Source: Mobula hypostoma
Lineage: Eukaryota
Direction: 5' to 3'
Length of the DNA stretch: 64,000 nt
Assembly: GCF_963921235.1 (NCBI RefSeq)
Contig: NC_086108.1
Location: 91,762,001-91,826,000 of the forward strand
Part shown: piece after piece, positions 27,296 to 39,614 of the stretch
How positions within the stretch are numbered: position 1 is the first letter of the stretch
How the letters are laid out: every line of letters starts with the position of its first letter
The notes under the pieces: model-generated
Databases searched by the model: none
What the model saw: only the letters and a program-made list of their open reading frames with translations
What the model was told of the DNA's origin: nothing
Translations under genes and position numbers: made by a program

Positions 27296-27659
27296 AAAGA
27301 ATGGTTATTTCTTTTTCTGTGCCTGAAAGGAAAAACGGAGGTTTGTGGCAATTCTAATTTAAGAATAGTCAGCTGTCCAATAGTCAGATTTTTAAAACAA
27401 TTATGAAAACAATTATTGAACAAGTTTGTTCACTGGTTGATATCAATCACCGCAGATAGTAAGTGAAGTTCAAACATCAAGTTGAACATCAGCATCATAT
27501 GAATATAACGTTTTGTTTTCATTTCCTGGAGTTCTCAAGTGCTTTACAAATCTTGTGGTTTGTAGAATGTGACCATGTGCCTCTTACATAATGGTTAGAT
27601 AAATAGAGGTTCATAGAAGGAGAACATGTTTAATAGTGTGGTGCTGCTACGCTACTGTG

Positions 27660-27930
27660 GAGCGCCATGGTAGTGTAGCGGTTTGCACGACACTGTTGCA
27701 GCTCGCGGCGTTGAAGTTCAGATTTCCAATTCCAGTGCTGCTTGAAAGGAGCTTGTATGTTCTCCCCATCACAGTGGTGCTCTGGTTTCCTCACACAGTC
27801 CAAAGATGTACTGGTTAGTAGGTTGACTGGTAATTGGTAAATTGTTCTGTGATCAGGCTAGTGTTAAATAGGTGACTTGCCTGCTCTGTGATGCATCTCT
27901 AAAGAAACAAATAATAAATAAATAAATAAA
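27660..27930 (+). mobile_element. V-SINE (HE1-like), degenerate
   Basis: tRNA-like head (TAGTGTAGCGG A-box), V-domain GTATGTTCTCCCC..CTCTGGTTTCCTCACACAGTCCAAAGA, (AAAT)n tail. Confidence 0.7.
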
Positions 27931-27979
27931 GCAAGGCTGACATTTTTAGGTTGCCTATTTGGCTGATATCTCAACGAAG

Positions 27980-29400
27980 TATTTCAGATGGATGTTGTTT
28001 ACTTGGATTTTCAGAAAGCTTTTGACAAGGTGCCACACCTGAGGCTGCTTCGCAAGATAAGAGCCTATGGTATTACAGGAAAGATACTGGCATAGGTAGA
28101 AGATTGGCGACAAGCAGGAGGCAAACAGTTGGAATAAAGGGGGCCTATTCTGGTTGGCTGCCAATGACTAGTGTTGTTCTGCAGGGGTTGGTATTGGGAT
28201 CGTTTCTTTTGATGTTATATGTCAATGATTTTCATGACGGAATTGATGGCTTTGTGGTCAAATTTGCAGACAATACAAAGATAGGTAGAGGGGCAGGTAG
28301 TGTCAAGGAAGCAGAGAAACTGCAGAAGGACTTGGACAGATTGGGAGAATGGGCAAAAAAGTGGCAGATGGAATATGGTGTAGGGAAATACATAGTGATG
28401 CACTTTAGAAGAAGGAATAAAGGTGTAGACTATTTTAAAGGTGTAGACTATTTTCTAAATAGACAATAGACAATAGGTGCAGGAGTAGGCCATTTGGCCC
28501 TTCCAGCCAGCACCACAATTCACTGTGATCATGGCTGATCATCCACAATCAGTATCGAGTTCCTGCCTTATCCCCATATCCTTTGATTCCGCTATCTTTA
28601 AGAGCTCTATCCATCTCTTTCTTGAAAGCATCCAGAGACTTGGCCTCCACAGCCTTCTGGGGCAGAGCATTCCATAAATGGGGAGAAAATTCAAAAATCA
28701 GAGATGCAAAGGTTCTTGGGAGTCCTTGTGCCAGATTCCCTAAAGGTTAACTTGAAGTTTGAGTCAGTGGTAAGGAAGGCAAATACAATGTTAGCATTCA
28801 TTTCAAGAGGACTAGAATATAAGAACAAGGATGTGATGCCAAGGCTTTATAAGGCATTGGTTAGATGGCACGTGGAGTATTGTGAGCATTTTTTTGGCCC
28901 TCTATCTGAGAAAATATGTGCTGGTATTGGAGAGGGTCCAGAGGAAGTTCACAAGAATAATTTTGGGAATGAAAGGGTTAACATATAAGAAGCAATTGAT
29001 GGCACTGGGCCTGTACTCATGAGAGTTTGGAAGAATGAGGGGGAATGTTATTGAAACCTATAAAATTTTGAAAGTCCTAGAGTTGATGTGGAAAGGTGAG
29101 TCTAGGACCGGAGGAAGCAGCCTCAGAAGAGAGGGACGTCCATTTAGAATGGAGATAAGAAGGAATTTCTTTAGCCAAAGAGTGGTGAATCTGTGGAGTT
29201 TGATTGCCATGGATGGCTGTGGAGGCCAAATCACTGAATATAATTGAAGCGGAGGGTGTCACGTTTTGGTTAGTTAGGGGTTCAAAGGTTACAGGGAGAA
29301 GGCATGAAAATGGGGTTGAGAGGGATAGTAAATCAGCCATGATGAAATGGCAGAGCAGACTTGATGGGCTGAAGGGCCTCATTCTACTCCCTATGTCTTA
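27980..29400 (+). mobile_element. Degenerate CR1 RT to 3' UTR, with an inverted CR1 tail inserted at ~28461-28675
   Basis: VVKFADNTKIGRG..LQKDLDRLGEWAKKWQM; LYKALVRWHVEYC; TAAAT repeated on both sides of the nested piece. Confidence 0.88.
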
Positions 29401-31033
29401 GGATTTGAACAAAAGAACAATATGTACAGTAATTAGTGATGCAAAACATCAAAGCACAATTGTCTAAAGATAAATCAGAGATCATGATTCCTACGTTGCA
29501 AATGACAAGTCTGTATTGTAATGCTAATATCACTTGGTGCTGGCAACTGCCTGCGTTTAAAATTGTTCATCTTAAGGTTCAGTTTTTTTTTATGAGTCAA
29601 TATCCCTTTATTTATTGAGACCCACTGCCTATTATATCTGAAGCAAAAATAAAGTCTAGTTGTACTTGAGAAGATATTTAGTGGAGCTTTTCCTCAGAGC
29701 TCACAGGAACAAGTCCAGAGGGAACTCACAAACACCTTTAGTGCCAGAGAACAGCTGTGAAGAGCTGAAGAAAGAAGGGTCAAAGGTGAAAGTAAAAAGC
29801 AAAGCAGAGTTTTGCCATTTTATTCTCTGTTGATCTAATCTTTAAAGGTTTGCTCATACTCTACAGGAAAACACCATTTGATATAACAATAATAACTTTT
29901 TTTTAAAACCTTAAATTGCATAGGAAAACCTTCCTGAAAGTAAATAGAAATGTCACAAAATGTGACTGTTAAAATTGGTTTCTTCATCTCAAGATGGCAA
30001 TGGAAGCTTTATAACCCAGGACTATTGTAGCAGGTTTCTTAACATTGTGAACTGTATTTTACAGATTGTTATATCTTACATCCACAGTGAACCAGTAATT
30101 GTGCTACATTAATTAAGCTGACACCTACAATATAGTGACTTAATAAATTGATAAATTTGTAGTCATTTTGTTACAACCCAGCATGGGGACAGATATCAAG
30201 TATCTCAGTTAAGGAGTGTTGATAAAACAGTAATGAGTTATTTTTAACCTATAAAGCTAGGCTAAGCTTTAAAAAGTCCTTGCTTCTTTTTAAACTATAA
30301 GAGGTTCTTTTATCGGTAAAAGTAACTTTTTCAGTGCAAACACCTTGCATCATCCTTTTGTTACCTCTAGAAAATTATTCTTAATTATTAAGTATTATCA
30401 ACAATGTTATTCTGATCTAACAAATTTAAATTTATAGAAATTTATGGTCTGAAAATAACCATATTTCTTTAATTTAAAGGTATATTGTCACAGATCAATG
30501 CCATTGAATTGACAGCATTTAAAATGATATTTAAAGACCATCTATGTTGATGAATTAAATTAAGGAAAAGATAATTATAGTTTTAATTAAAAACTGCAGG
30601 AAATTGCACTGCTTGCTATGTATTCTTTAATAGACACTGATAATCAGATTACAATTTGTTTATCTTGAAATTATTAACAGTAGAGTTTACCCCTACTGCA
30701 ACCTCAACACTATTTCTACTCTCCTTGCCAACCAACAATCACATAGAAGAACAAATCTTTGGACCTTGATTTGAACTCAAATATTCCAGCTCAGATCATT
30801 TGTAATTTACTTGTTTCTAAACTCTCTGTGGTTGTCCATCAAAGTAATTATACATTGGAAGGATAAGGCTACATGCTACAGATATCCTCTGAAATAACAA
30901 CAGGACTCCTCAGCCAAATACTCATTTTTCAACTTCTTTCATAAAGCAATACAAAGTGAGTGTTTCATATTATGGCCACAACTTAGAATGCCAAAATCAA
31001 GCATAGTAACTGACAGCTTATGACAGTACTCAC

Positions 31034-31099
31034 CCACGGTCTGCTCCAGGCAAATAAATTTACTACGAAGCCAGGGCTGCCTTTTTCTGACAGTTTCAC
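31034..31099 (-). other. Candidate 66-nt exon (coding or non-coding)
   Basis: Minus strand: ttgtcctatttgcag|GTGAAA...ACCGTGG|gtgagt. Strong acceptor and donor, length divisible by 3, in unique sequence. Peptide not recognised. Confidence 0.3.
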
Positions 31100-34093
31100 C
31101 TGCAAATAGGACAATGTACCTTCTCATTCAATGGCAGATAACTACAAGTTTTCTATATTAACAAGGTTATGATGGGCCATCAGATAGTCTCAAAATGCAT
31201 GCAACTTTGATTCTTATAGTGTTAACAGCTGATGTGATCAACAGAAAAATAAATCACACATAACCAAGTAAAAAGAACAAACAAAAAATAGAGCAACCTT
31301 TTTTCCCCCAAAGTCAGTAAAAGGAATTTTGTTTTTAAGAAAGTTAGCATTTCTTGTCCATAAAGACTAAAGAACCCCCAGATAATCAATTTATGTCCTC
31401 TGCTGCTTGCTGACCTTCCCTTCCCCAGTAAATGGATAGAATTATATAGAGTGATAGGATGCTTAAATCTATTGAAAATTGGCCTGCAAATGACTAATAG
31501 ATGGGAACACAGCATTTAGTAATAAGCACCAATCACAAGTCGTACCAAGAACAAAGCCAGCTTGTAAACTACAGTATCTGCTTTAAGAGCAATGTATCAC
31601 CAGTCTCATACTTGTCTTAATTTCAAAGACACATCAGCATCCATCAGTAAGTATCAAATTAAGTTTCAAATACACACCCATTTCTGTTTGTTCACTGGCA
31701 TGTTGGCTCTTGGAATTAATATCACAATGAACAGGAACTTCCCTTTTTATAGCTGCTGCCTCCCAGTCAGGCACCACAATGAAATACCTCACCCTTGATC
31801 AAGGGGTATAAAAACAGAGGCTCTTTTTCATGATATTTGCACAGTGGATCGTAATGGGTATCAAATAAATTTAAGCTGAGTGATACCCCTCCATTATAAG
31901 GAAGCTTTATGGTGTTATGGGGAAAAGACAGGTACTGTAGGTGGAGTCAAATCCGCAGCCAGATCAACCATGATCTTATTGACTGGAGGAGCAGAAGCAA
32001 CAGACCAGATGACCTGCTCCTGCTCCGAGTTCTTATGTAATTAATGCCAGAATCTTATATGTGAAATTGGTAACAGAAAGGTATTTATAAATCCTTTTAA
32101 AACACAAAACCTAAATAGTTAAAATTTTCTTTCCAAATTTTGCAACTTTCCATCTTTCATTAATTAATATCCAAATGTTGGTTAGCTGACATTGGCCTTA
32201 ATATTCAGAATTCTCTGTTTGTTACTTCGTGGCTTCCCAAACATCTGTATGCACAGAGCCCATCATTCATATAAATAGCCTGACATTGTCCAAACAATTC
32301 TGCTCTTCTTCTGCTGTGATCTTTATTATGTTTAATCTCAGCACCTTCACAACTACAGCAGAAAATTGACTGCTGATTAGCATAATTATTTCCAACCACA
32401 CGAAAGATGACATTCTGAGACCTCATTAATTTCAATCGTCTCATCTTTACTAGAAAATTAAATCGCAGTTTTAATTTTAAAAAGGGCAATATCTATCTTT
32501 CGTTATTCTGATTTTTAGAGTTTAACACATGCCAGTGGATAATTCACTGTAAACCTATCATGAGTTTATAAATATTCCAAATAATCTGCTGATCCTGGTT
32601 TTAAAATTAAATTTATAAATATATATGTAATATGTGTGTGTTATGAGTCACCAAGGCACGATTATTTCAGTAAGAACTGATATTAACTTTGAATCTTTCA
32701 AAGTTTATGTGTACCTTCCACCTGAAGTCACTTTCAAAATAATAATTTCTAAATGTCAAATACCTGATATAGAAAGGCAAATACACATAAATACAAGATC
32801 TATTTTCAAAACTGGTTGAGTGTACACACGGTTTCTAAAGCAAATGTTTTGCACCCCAAGCCTTTTTGCATTGAATGTGAATGGAAGACTCTTTTTGTGA
32901 TCCAGGTCTACGGGTCGCGGCAAACAATGGACAAGACGGACTTATTGTGGAACAGGGAGAAGGAAATACTTGAAATACAAAACAGATGAACAAGCAACTG
33001 TAAAGAGCAAAACCAGGCTAAAATTAAAAGCAGTGCTTACATCTTTGAATTGAATTAAACCAGAATTCCAAACATACTGAATGCGTTTATGGATTTGGAC
33101 TATGGACTATGGGCTTCTTCAGTTCTTATGCTTTTTATATTTTGTGTTTTTGTTTGCTCGTTCTTGTTGTTTTTAGTGTGGAGGGGTTTTGGGGGTTTGA
33201 GGTCCTTGCTGTGTTTTGTCTGGGGAAGGGGGGTTTAGTGGATTGATGCTTGTGTTGCCTTTTTTGTGCTTCTCCTCTTTGAGCTGACCTCCATTATCTC
33301 CTTTGTTTCATGGCTATCTGGAGAAGACAAAGTATGTACACTGCGTACATACTTTGATAATGAATCAACCTTTGAAACTTTTTTAATGTTCTTAAAACTG
33401 CATAAAGATGTCCACTGGCTTTTTAATAGATGCAGATCATGATAGCAGCTCCAGAGACTTCCTGCTAACTTTGGCTTTCTAACACAGTAGCACAGAGGGT
33501 CAGAGTTGTTGGTAAAAATATTAAACTTCATCAAATATTCTTTGCACTGGTTTTTGTTGTAAACAAGAACCAGTCTACAATTCTTAATGCAAATTGTAAG
33601 CAGTGATCAGTTTGAAGTTAAAAGCACAGCTTTACAAACAACTGTTATATATTACAGGCCCCTGATCAGCAATGTATGGGGAGTCTGGCTACTGAGAGAT
33701 GTGGCTTGCGAAGTGATGTGACAATGAGATTTGTCTACATTAGCCAAACACAGAATAATGGGATTATGTCACTTAGCACATAAAGCATGATTACAAAGTG
33801 GGATATTTGTGCACTCAGAGTCAGCCCTCACAGCATTAATTGTGGGTGCTTGGGATCTCTGTCACCAGAAGCTTTTAGATAGTCTGTATTAATTACTTTG
33901 TCCCAGCAAAGGCATCAGGAAAGTATCACATGCAGATGATGTCATCTAGTAAAAAAATTGTGCAGATATTAGAATGCATTGGGGGTTGTTGGGAAAGACA
34001 AGGAGACTGACAGAATGACAGGGTGACAGAAAGAAAAACTAGAATTCATTCCTCAACTTTCAGTTTTTGCGACAGACAACTCATTCATCTGCA

Positions 34094-34292
34094 CACAAAA
34101 TACTCTGCAGATGCTGGGGTCAAAGCAACATGTACAACACTCTGGAGGAACTCAGCAGGTCAGGCAGCATCCGTGGAAACAAACAGTCAACGTTTTGGGT
34201 CCTGACGAAGGGTCTCGGCCTGAAATGTTGACTGTTCATTTCCACGGATGCTGCCCGACCTGCTGAGTTCCTCCAGCATGTTGTGCATGTTG
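34094..34292. mobile_element. Miniature Penelope-derived hairpin insertion with 14-bp TSD
   Basis: ~75-bp inverted arms (~34124-34199 / ~34219-34294); CTCATTCATCTGCA at 34080-34093 and 34293-34306. Confidence 0.8.
34198..34235 (+). ncRNA. Minimal hammerhead ribozyme motif (CpG-decayed)
   Basis: GTC-CTGACGA-AGGGTCTCGGCCT-GAAA-TGTT-GAC; core CUGANGA/GAAA intact, GAAACGTC changed to GAAATGTT. Confidence 0.5.
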
Positions 34293-34587
34293 CTCATTCA
34301 TCTGCAACTCATTGATATGTTCTTTTAGTTCATAAGAATTGTACCCATTTGGAAATTGTTTGTAGCTTGTAAATATTTTGTAATTTATAAATAATTTATA
34401 AATCAGAGAATCATTTGACTATATTTAAATGTGAATAATTAAAAATAAAATAAACTGTGTTTAAACTACTTCATTAGCTGGTAGTATCTCGTTCTTGGTA
34501 GGGCAGGGAAACCCACCATTGACAGCTGACCTGTTACTTGTCCCATGAGTATCTCGTGAGCATGATGTAATTATCTCGTGATAATGG

Positions 34588-35431
34588 CACGATATAATTG
34601 ACATGCTGGTAGAGAGAGTTTTATTTGGGTTTTTAGCACTGGAAATAGTTACATTCCGTCACGTCTCATTAGCGGGACAGAAGCATGGTAGCATTGTGTA
34701 TTCCAGGGACCAGCTGATTGTGCTTATGCCGGCCGGTTTAGCGAGCAGAGCGGCGGACACCCCTGCTGAAATCTGGAGGAAAACACACAGAGGATACACA
34801 GGGGGATCACAAAGTCGAGGAAAGAGGACTGTGTCGAGACAACAGAGACTTATGCAGAAGAGGAGTTCAGTGGGTAATAAAATGGATGAGTTCATGGCGC
34901 TAGCCAGGCATCAGAGAACATTTCGGGAATGCAATGTTATGTGTTACACTGGAACGGGGCTGTACGAGGACATACCAGATCAAAACTTCTCCATGAACAA
35001 CTGCCAGACCGTTTGGGCTGAATGGAAGTGCACTGAGAGCAGTAACATAAAGGAGCTGGGGGCTTGTTGTTCTGGTTAACAACGGATGGTGCAATCCAGG
35101 TCATATTACGATCGAGGAACATGTTTGTAGACCGGATATTGAACTTTTTGCTGTTGGGCTCCGGCCATATTCCACCGAGATACAACACTGGGCGGCACGG
35201 GAGGTCGTTCCTGCCTGTGGCCATCGAACTTTGCAGCTCCTCCCATGGAGGGTCAGATACCCTGAGCCAATAGGCTGGTCCTGGACTTATTTTCCATCTG
35301 GCATAGTTTGCATTTTGTTGTTTGATTGTTTGTGGTTTTTGTATTGCTATATTTATGCTCTATTTTTGGTTGGTGCGGCTGTAACGAAACCCAATTTCCC
35401 TCAGGATCAATAAAGTATATCTATCTATCTA
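34588..35431 (+). mobile_element. Internally deleted (bipartite) Rex1/Babar element
   Basis: ORF 34603-35079 = Rex1 N-terminus/APE start (YSRDQL..GNKMDE..RECNVMCYT..DIPD), joined at ~35170 to the ORF C-terminus IPPRYNTGRHGRSFLPVAI..GGSDTLSQ, 3' UTR and (TATC)n tail. Flanks TGATAATGG (34579-34587) / TGATAGTGG (35432-35440). Confidence 0.8.
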
Positions 35432-36050
35432 TGATAGTGGGGTGATGTGATGTCACGTGATGGCATGTTCCAACCGGTATAAAAGGGGAGACCGCAGTTT
35501 GTTGCGTAGTTGTTTTGTTGGGGAGTCACAGTTGGTGGTTACGTAATCATGGAAGGAGGGGGAGAGAGGGAGGGGGAGAGAGACAGAGAGAGAGAATGAA
35601 GGATTACCAGCTTTGTATGAACCCAAGAAATCAATGGCGTTCTGTGATTGACATTTGGTATTGTCCATACGGGTATTGTGGCACACACTTTTGGTCAACC
35701 CCTGCATGGTCTCGGGTGTTTTGTGGTGACCACCTCCGGTGAAATGTCAGTTACTGTGAGAAAACTTATTCTCTGTGATCTCTCTGGACAAGGTATTTCT
35801 CAGCTGGGATCTGTGCCAGCAGATTCGTCTTTTCTTCATCACTGGTCTCTCCTTTCACTTACTTCATAAATCACTTGGACTCTTTAAACTACCACCTTAA
35901 GACTGTGTTTGAGTGAGATCTGTTAAGAATTGTCTTAAGTTCGACTGTTTGATAACTATAGACACATAACACTGTTAACTTCCGTTTCAGTGAGTCATTT
36001 GTTTACTTTGCATTGAAAGGTGTATCTAGTTGATTTAAGGCTTTCTCACA
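35432..36050 (+). mobile_element. Possible LTR-like repeat (continuing from ~34532, interrupted by the Rex1 derivative)
   Basis: TGTTAC at ~34532, CACGTG and TATAAAAGG promoter-like motifs at ~35454-35486; right end not defined. Confidence 0.3.
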
Positions 36051-37553
36051 ATGAGACACGGCTGATTAAATATACCATGCAGTGGCATTACACTTATTTA
36101 CAGATATATCAAAACTGCAGGACTAGAAAACTCCTTGGCATTTTGGATAAAGCAATGGGAGCCATTGATGTCCTTTGGCTATTAATCATCAACTACCGCA
36201 GATCTTGCACCAACAACTAACCAGAGTGAAGTTTTAAGCAAAATTAACAACCCCCTGTTGATGCCATTTAAAAGACACCAAGTCTGCTAATTCACCATCT
36301 CAGTCTAAATATCACTGCACAGCTATGAGTAATCCCTGTTATTTCAACATTCTTTAAATAACTTTGATGTTGGGCACATAGATTGGTTTTGTAATATTAT
36401 GTACCTGGATGGCCTGTTGAATATAAATTAAGAAAACAGCACTTGTCTGATTATCTTTTGAATAGAGAGTATTTCACAATATCATGGGGCATGGTTTGAT
36501 CAGGAACAGTGTAGAGAGATTTAGAGCAAAAATCTTTCTCCTCTGCCAAACAAATGCAGAGCACCAATTCCTTACTCCTCCAAAGGATGACAGAGTTAAG
36601 TTCTTCACAAAGAGAGTGGTGGTTGCATGGATCACCCTGCCAGGTATATTAGGGGCATTTAAGAAACTCTTAGATAGGCACATGGAGGGTTATGTAGGAG
36701 GAAGGTTTAGACTGATCTTAGAGACTAAAAAGCCAGCACAACACCACAGGCCAAAGGGTCTGTACTGTGCTGTAATATTCTATGTTCTATGTTAGTAATC
36801 AGTGGGTCATTGGATTTGAATACCCACTGAGAAATGGAATGGGACTACCCCAATCTATTACACATTAAATCCTTTATAACCACCAAATGAAGGAAACTTT
36901 CATCAAATTTTATCAAGAATAATGTTGAACCATGCTCCAGGATGGGAAAACAATATTCAACCCACACAGAAGAAGAGTTCTAGGGAAACCATTAAAAACT
37001 GCTCTAACAAGCCATAGTGACAAGCAATTCTACGGTCTGCATCTGCCTATTACTCACAAAAAGCAAAATATTTTGGGTCCTGACAAATAAGAAAATGTTA
37101 AACATGCTCAGAATTAGATTCAGCATCACAGACCAATTCGTTCCTACATTTTCTGCCGTTAACTCATTGTTGGAAGATCTTATTAACTTTATCAATAAGT
37201 TATCCTTTGCTTAACACCATGGACTGGTATGGTTTGAAATCCCTCACTGTTATTAGTGGTTTCTGGCTGTCTTTAGCTGCTCAGTCCAGGATCCTACAGA
37301 CAAATGAGGTAATTATTTTCCAAATTCCTTCTGAAGAACAAGAAGACTGACATGTAACTGCTTTTATTTGGTAATGCTTAGTAAAATATTAATATCCTGA
37401 TCACACAACATGGAATCAGCATACATATAGCCATAGAGATACACAACACCCAAATTGGGACCCTCAACCCACCATGCCTATGCCGAACTTTTAGCCTATC
37501 CACACTATTCTCAATTGAACAGAATTACATCAAAATCAAAATGGCACCTTCTA

Positions 37554-37936
37554 TGTTGAACCCTCATATGAATGGCAGCTCTCAACTTAACGATATTCTC
37601 CAGCGCCATTGCTATCACAACCATCTTAATTAAGTAGTAGCACATGAGACAAAATGCTTCTGCAATAACTGTTTTGCATAATACACAGTAAAAGTCATTT
37701 GTTTCTGTAGTGTATTCAATATTTCAGTAATATTGTAAATATATTGTTTAATTCAGCATTCTTTGGTCTTTACATAATTCATTACAGGTTATATGTAAAA
37801 GTATGTGAATGGCATACGTCATTACACCACCACATCATAAGTGCGTACCGCACTAAAGAGAAACTAAATGTACATGAGTTACTTCGGGCTCCCATGTTTT
37901 TCTTTCGACTAGTTTTTGAAGTTACAAAACATACCA
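37554..37936. mobile_element. Possible degenerate solo LTR
   Basis: Begins TGTTG, ends GTTACAAAACATACCA; LTR-like composition; TSD not seen. Confidence 0.25.
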
Positions 37937-39614
37937 GTTTCAAAATTGGATTATTTTGAATGATCAGAACACACCAAAGTATTACAATTGCACAAGTATT
38001 TTCAGTTCAGGAAATGTACTATCAATTTCAAAAGGTAATAAAAAAATTAAAGTTTGAAATTCACTTATTTTATACATATCCTTACGCATATATATTAAAA
38101 TCCAATATCATGTTTAAAGTACTTACAATGTTAGATTGTTCTCTTGCACTAAAGATCGCATTACCATTCTCTTTAAACTGCTACTGAAATAAGGCAATAC
38201 ATTCTTGTATTATTTGCAAGCAGAGATTAAAGGTGAATTTGTCTTTTGTAGTTTAATGTTGCAGCTTCAGCTTGTCTGGAAATGTGGATAAGTAACCCTG
38301 TGGCAGCAGTGTTGCAGTCTGATAAGTAGACAATTCGATTCCCTATTAAATGCATTTTGACCCTTTGTGTTTCTTCAATTCTAAATTATGAGCACTTAAT
38401 GGTAATCCCTTCTATTACATTTAATAGAAAATGCATTTTTAAAACTGCCATAAAGTGATCATTTTAACTATGAAATAAATGCAGCAATGCAAATTTATGT
38501 TAAATGTGCTGTAATAGACACCTTATTTCGCATCAGGTCTAAAATATTCTGGGTAATGCTTGCTTCAGCTCCAGCTGTGTCATTGCCTTGTGACTGTCTA
38601 GACATGACTCTTATGATTAATGCATATGATGTCAGCATATGACAACATCAGTATTAACCCTTATGTTACTATAACAGTTACAATAATTTCATTTACTGAA
38701 TATGTTAATTCCAGATAAAGAACATTCAAGTAATGTCATCATGCTGAACTCCGCTTTATGCTTTGTGAAAATGCAGTGTCTTTTAAAAATCTAATAATTC
38801 ACCTTTTGTCCCACAACATCAGGCTCAAGAACAGTTATTACTCTTCATCGGGGTCCTGATTGGATAATTTCAATCACCTCAATGTCGAACTGACTTCAAG
38901 GAATCTACAACTCATATTCTCAGTAATTATTTATTGTTTGATTGATTAATTTATGTATTTGCTCAGATTGTCTTTTTTGCAAATTTCTTGTTTGTCAGTC
39001 TTTGTTCATGTGTAGTTTTTCATTGATTCTATTGGATTTCTTTGTTCTACTGTGAATGCCTGCAAGAAAATCAATCTCAGGGTAGTATATGGGGACATAT
39101 ATGTATTTTGATAATAAATTTACTTTGAACTATTTGAATTTCTGGGTAATTTGAAGTAAGCATTTCTTTTGAGAAGTGTATTCTCTAAATTGCTGGTCCA
39201 TTACTGCCCAGTAAGTAATCTTACTTAAATGTTAATGAAATTAAGATGTTCGCAAATACAGAAATCACCCCTTTTAAGCAGAAGTGACAATTCAACTCAA
39301 ATCCAATTCAGGATTTTATTTTACTTTACATACCTCCACTGTCTCTGTTTTAACATCCCAAGAAGTCATATTTCATCGAACAAAAGTAAGAGCAAAGAAT
39401 CACAATCCAAGGCACGTTTCCAAGTGAACAGATACTGAGCCCCATAAAATGGCAGAAAGTGAGGAGCAAAGACATTAACTGAAAGATAAATGTACCATCA
39501 TCTCCCAAAGCAAGTCATAGGTAAAATCGGAGAATGAAATCAGTATCATAATTATTTAAAAACTACGGAAAAAACTTTTTGGTGTTGTGAAGTTGATTTG
39601 AGGAGAGGGGCAGT

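Noticed and set aside
32895..32980. Possible exon after tgatccag| with several CpGs
   Set aside because: Frames close quickly and no convincing donor is present.
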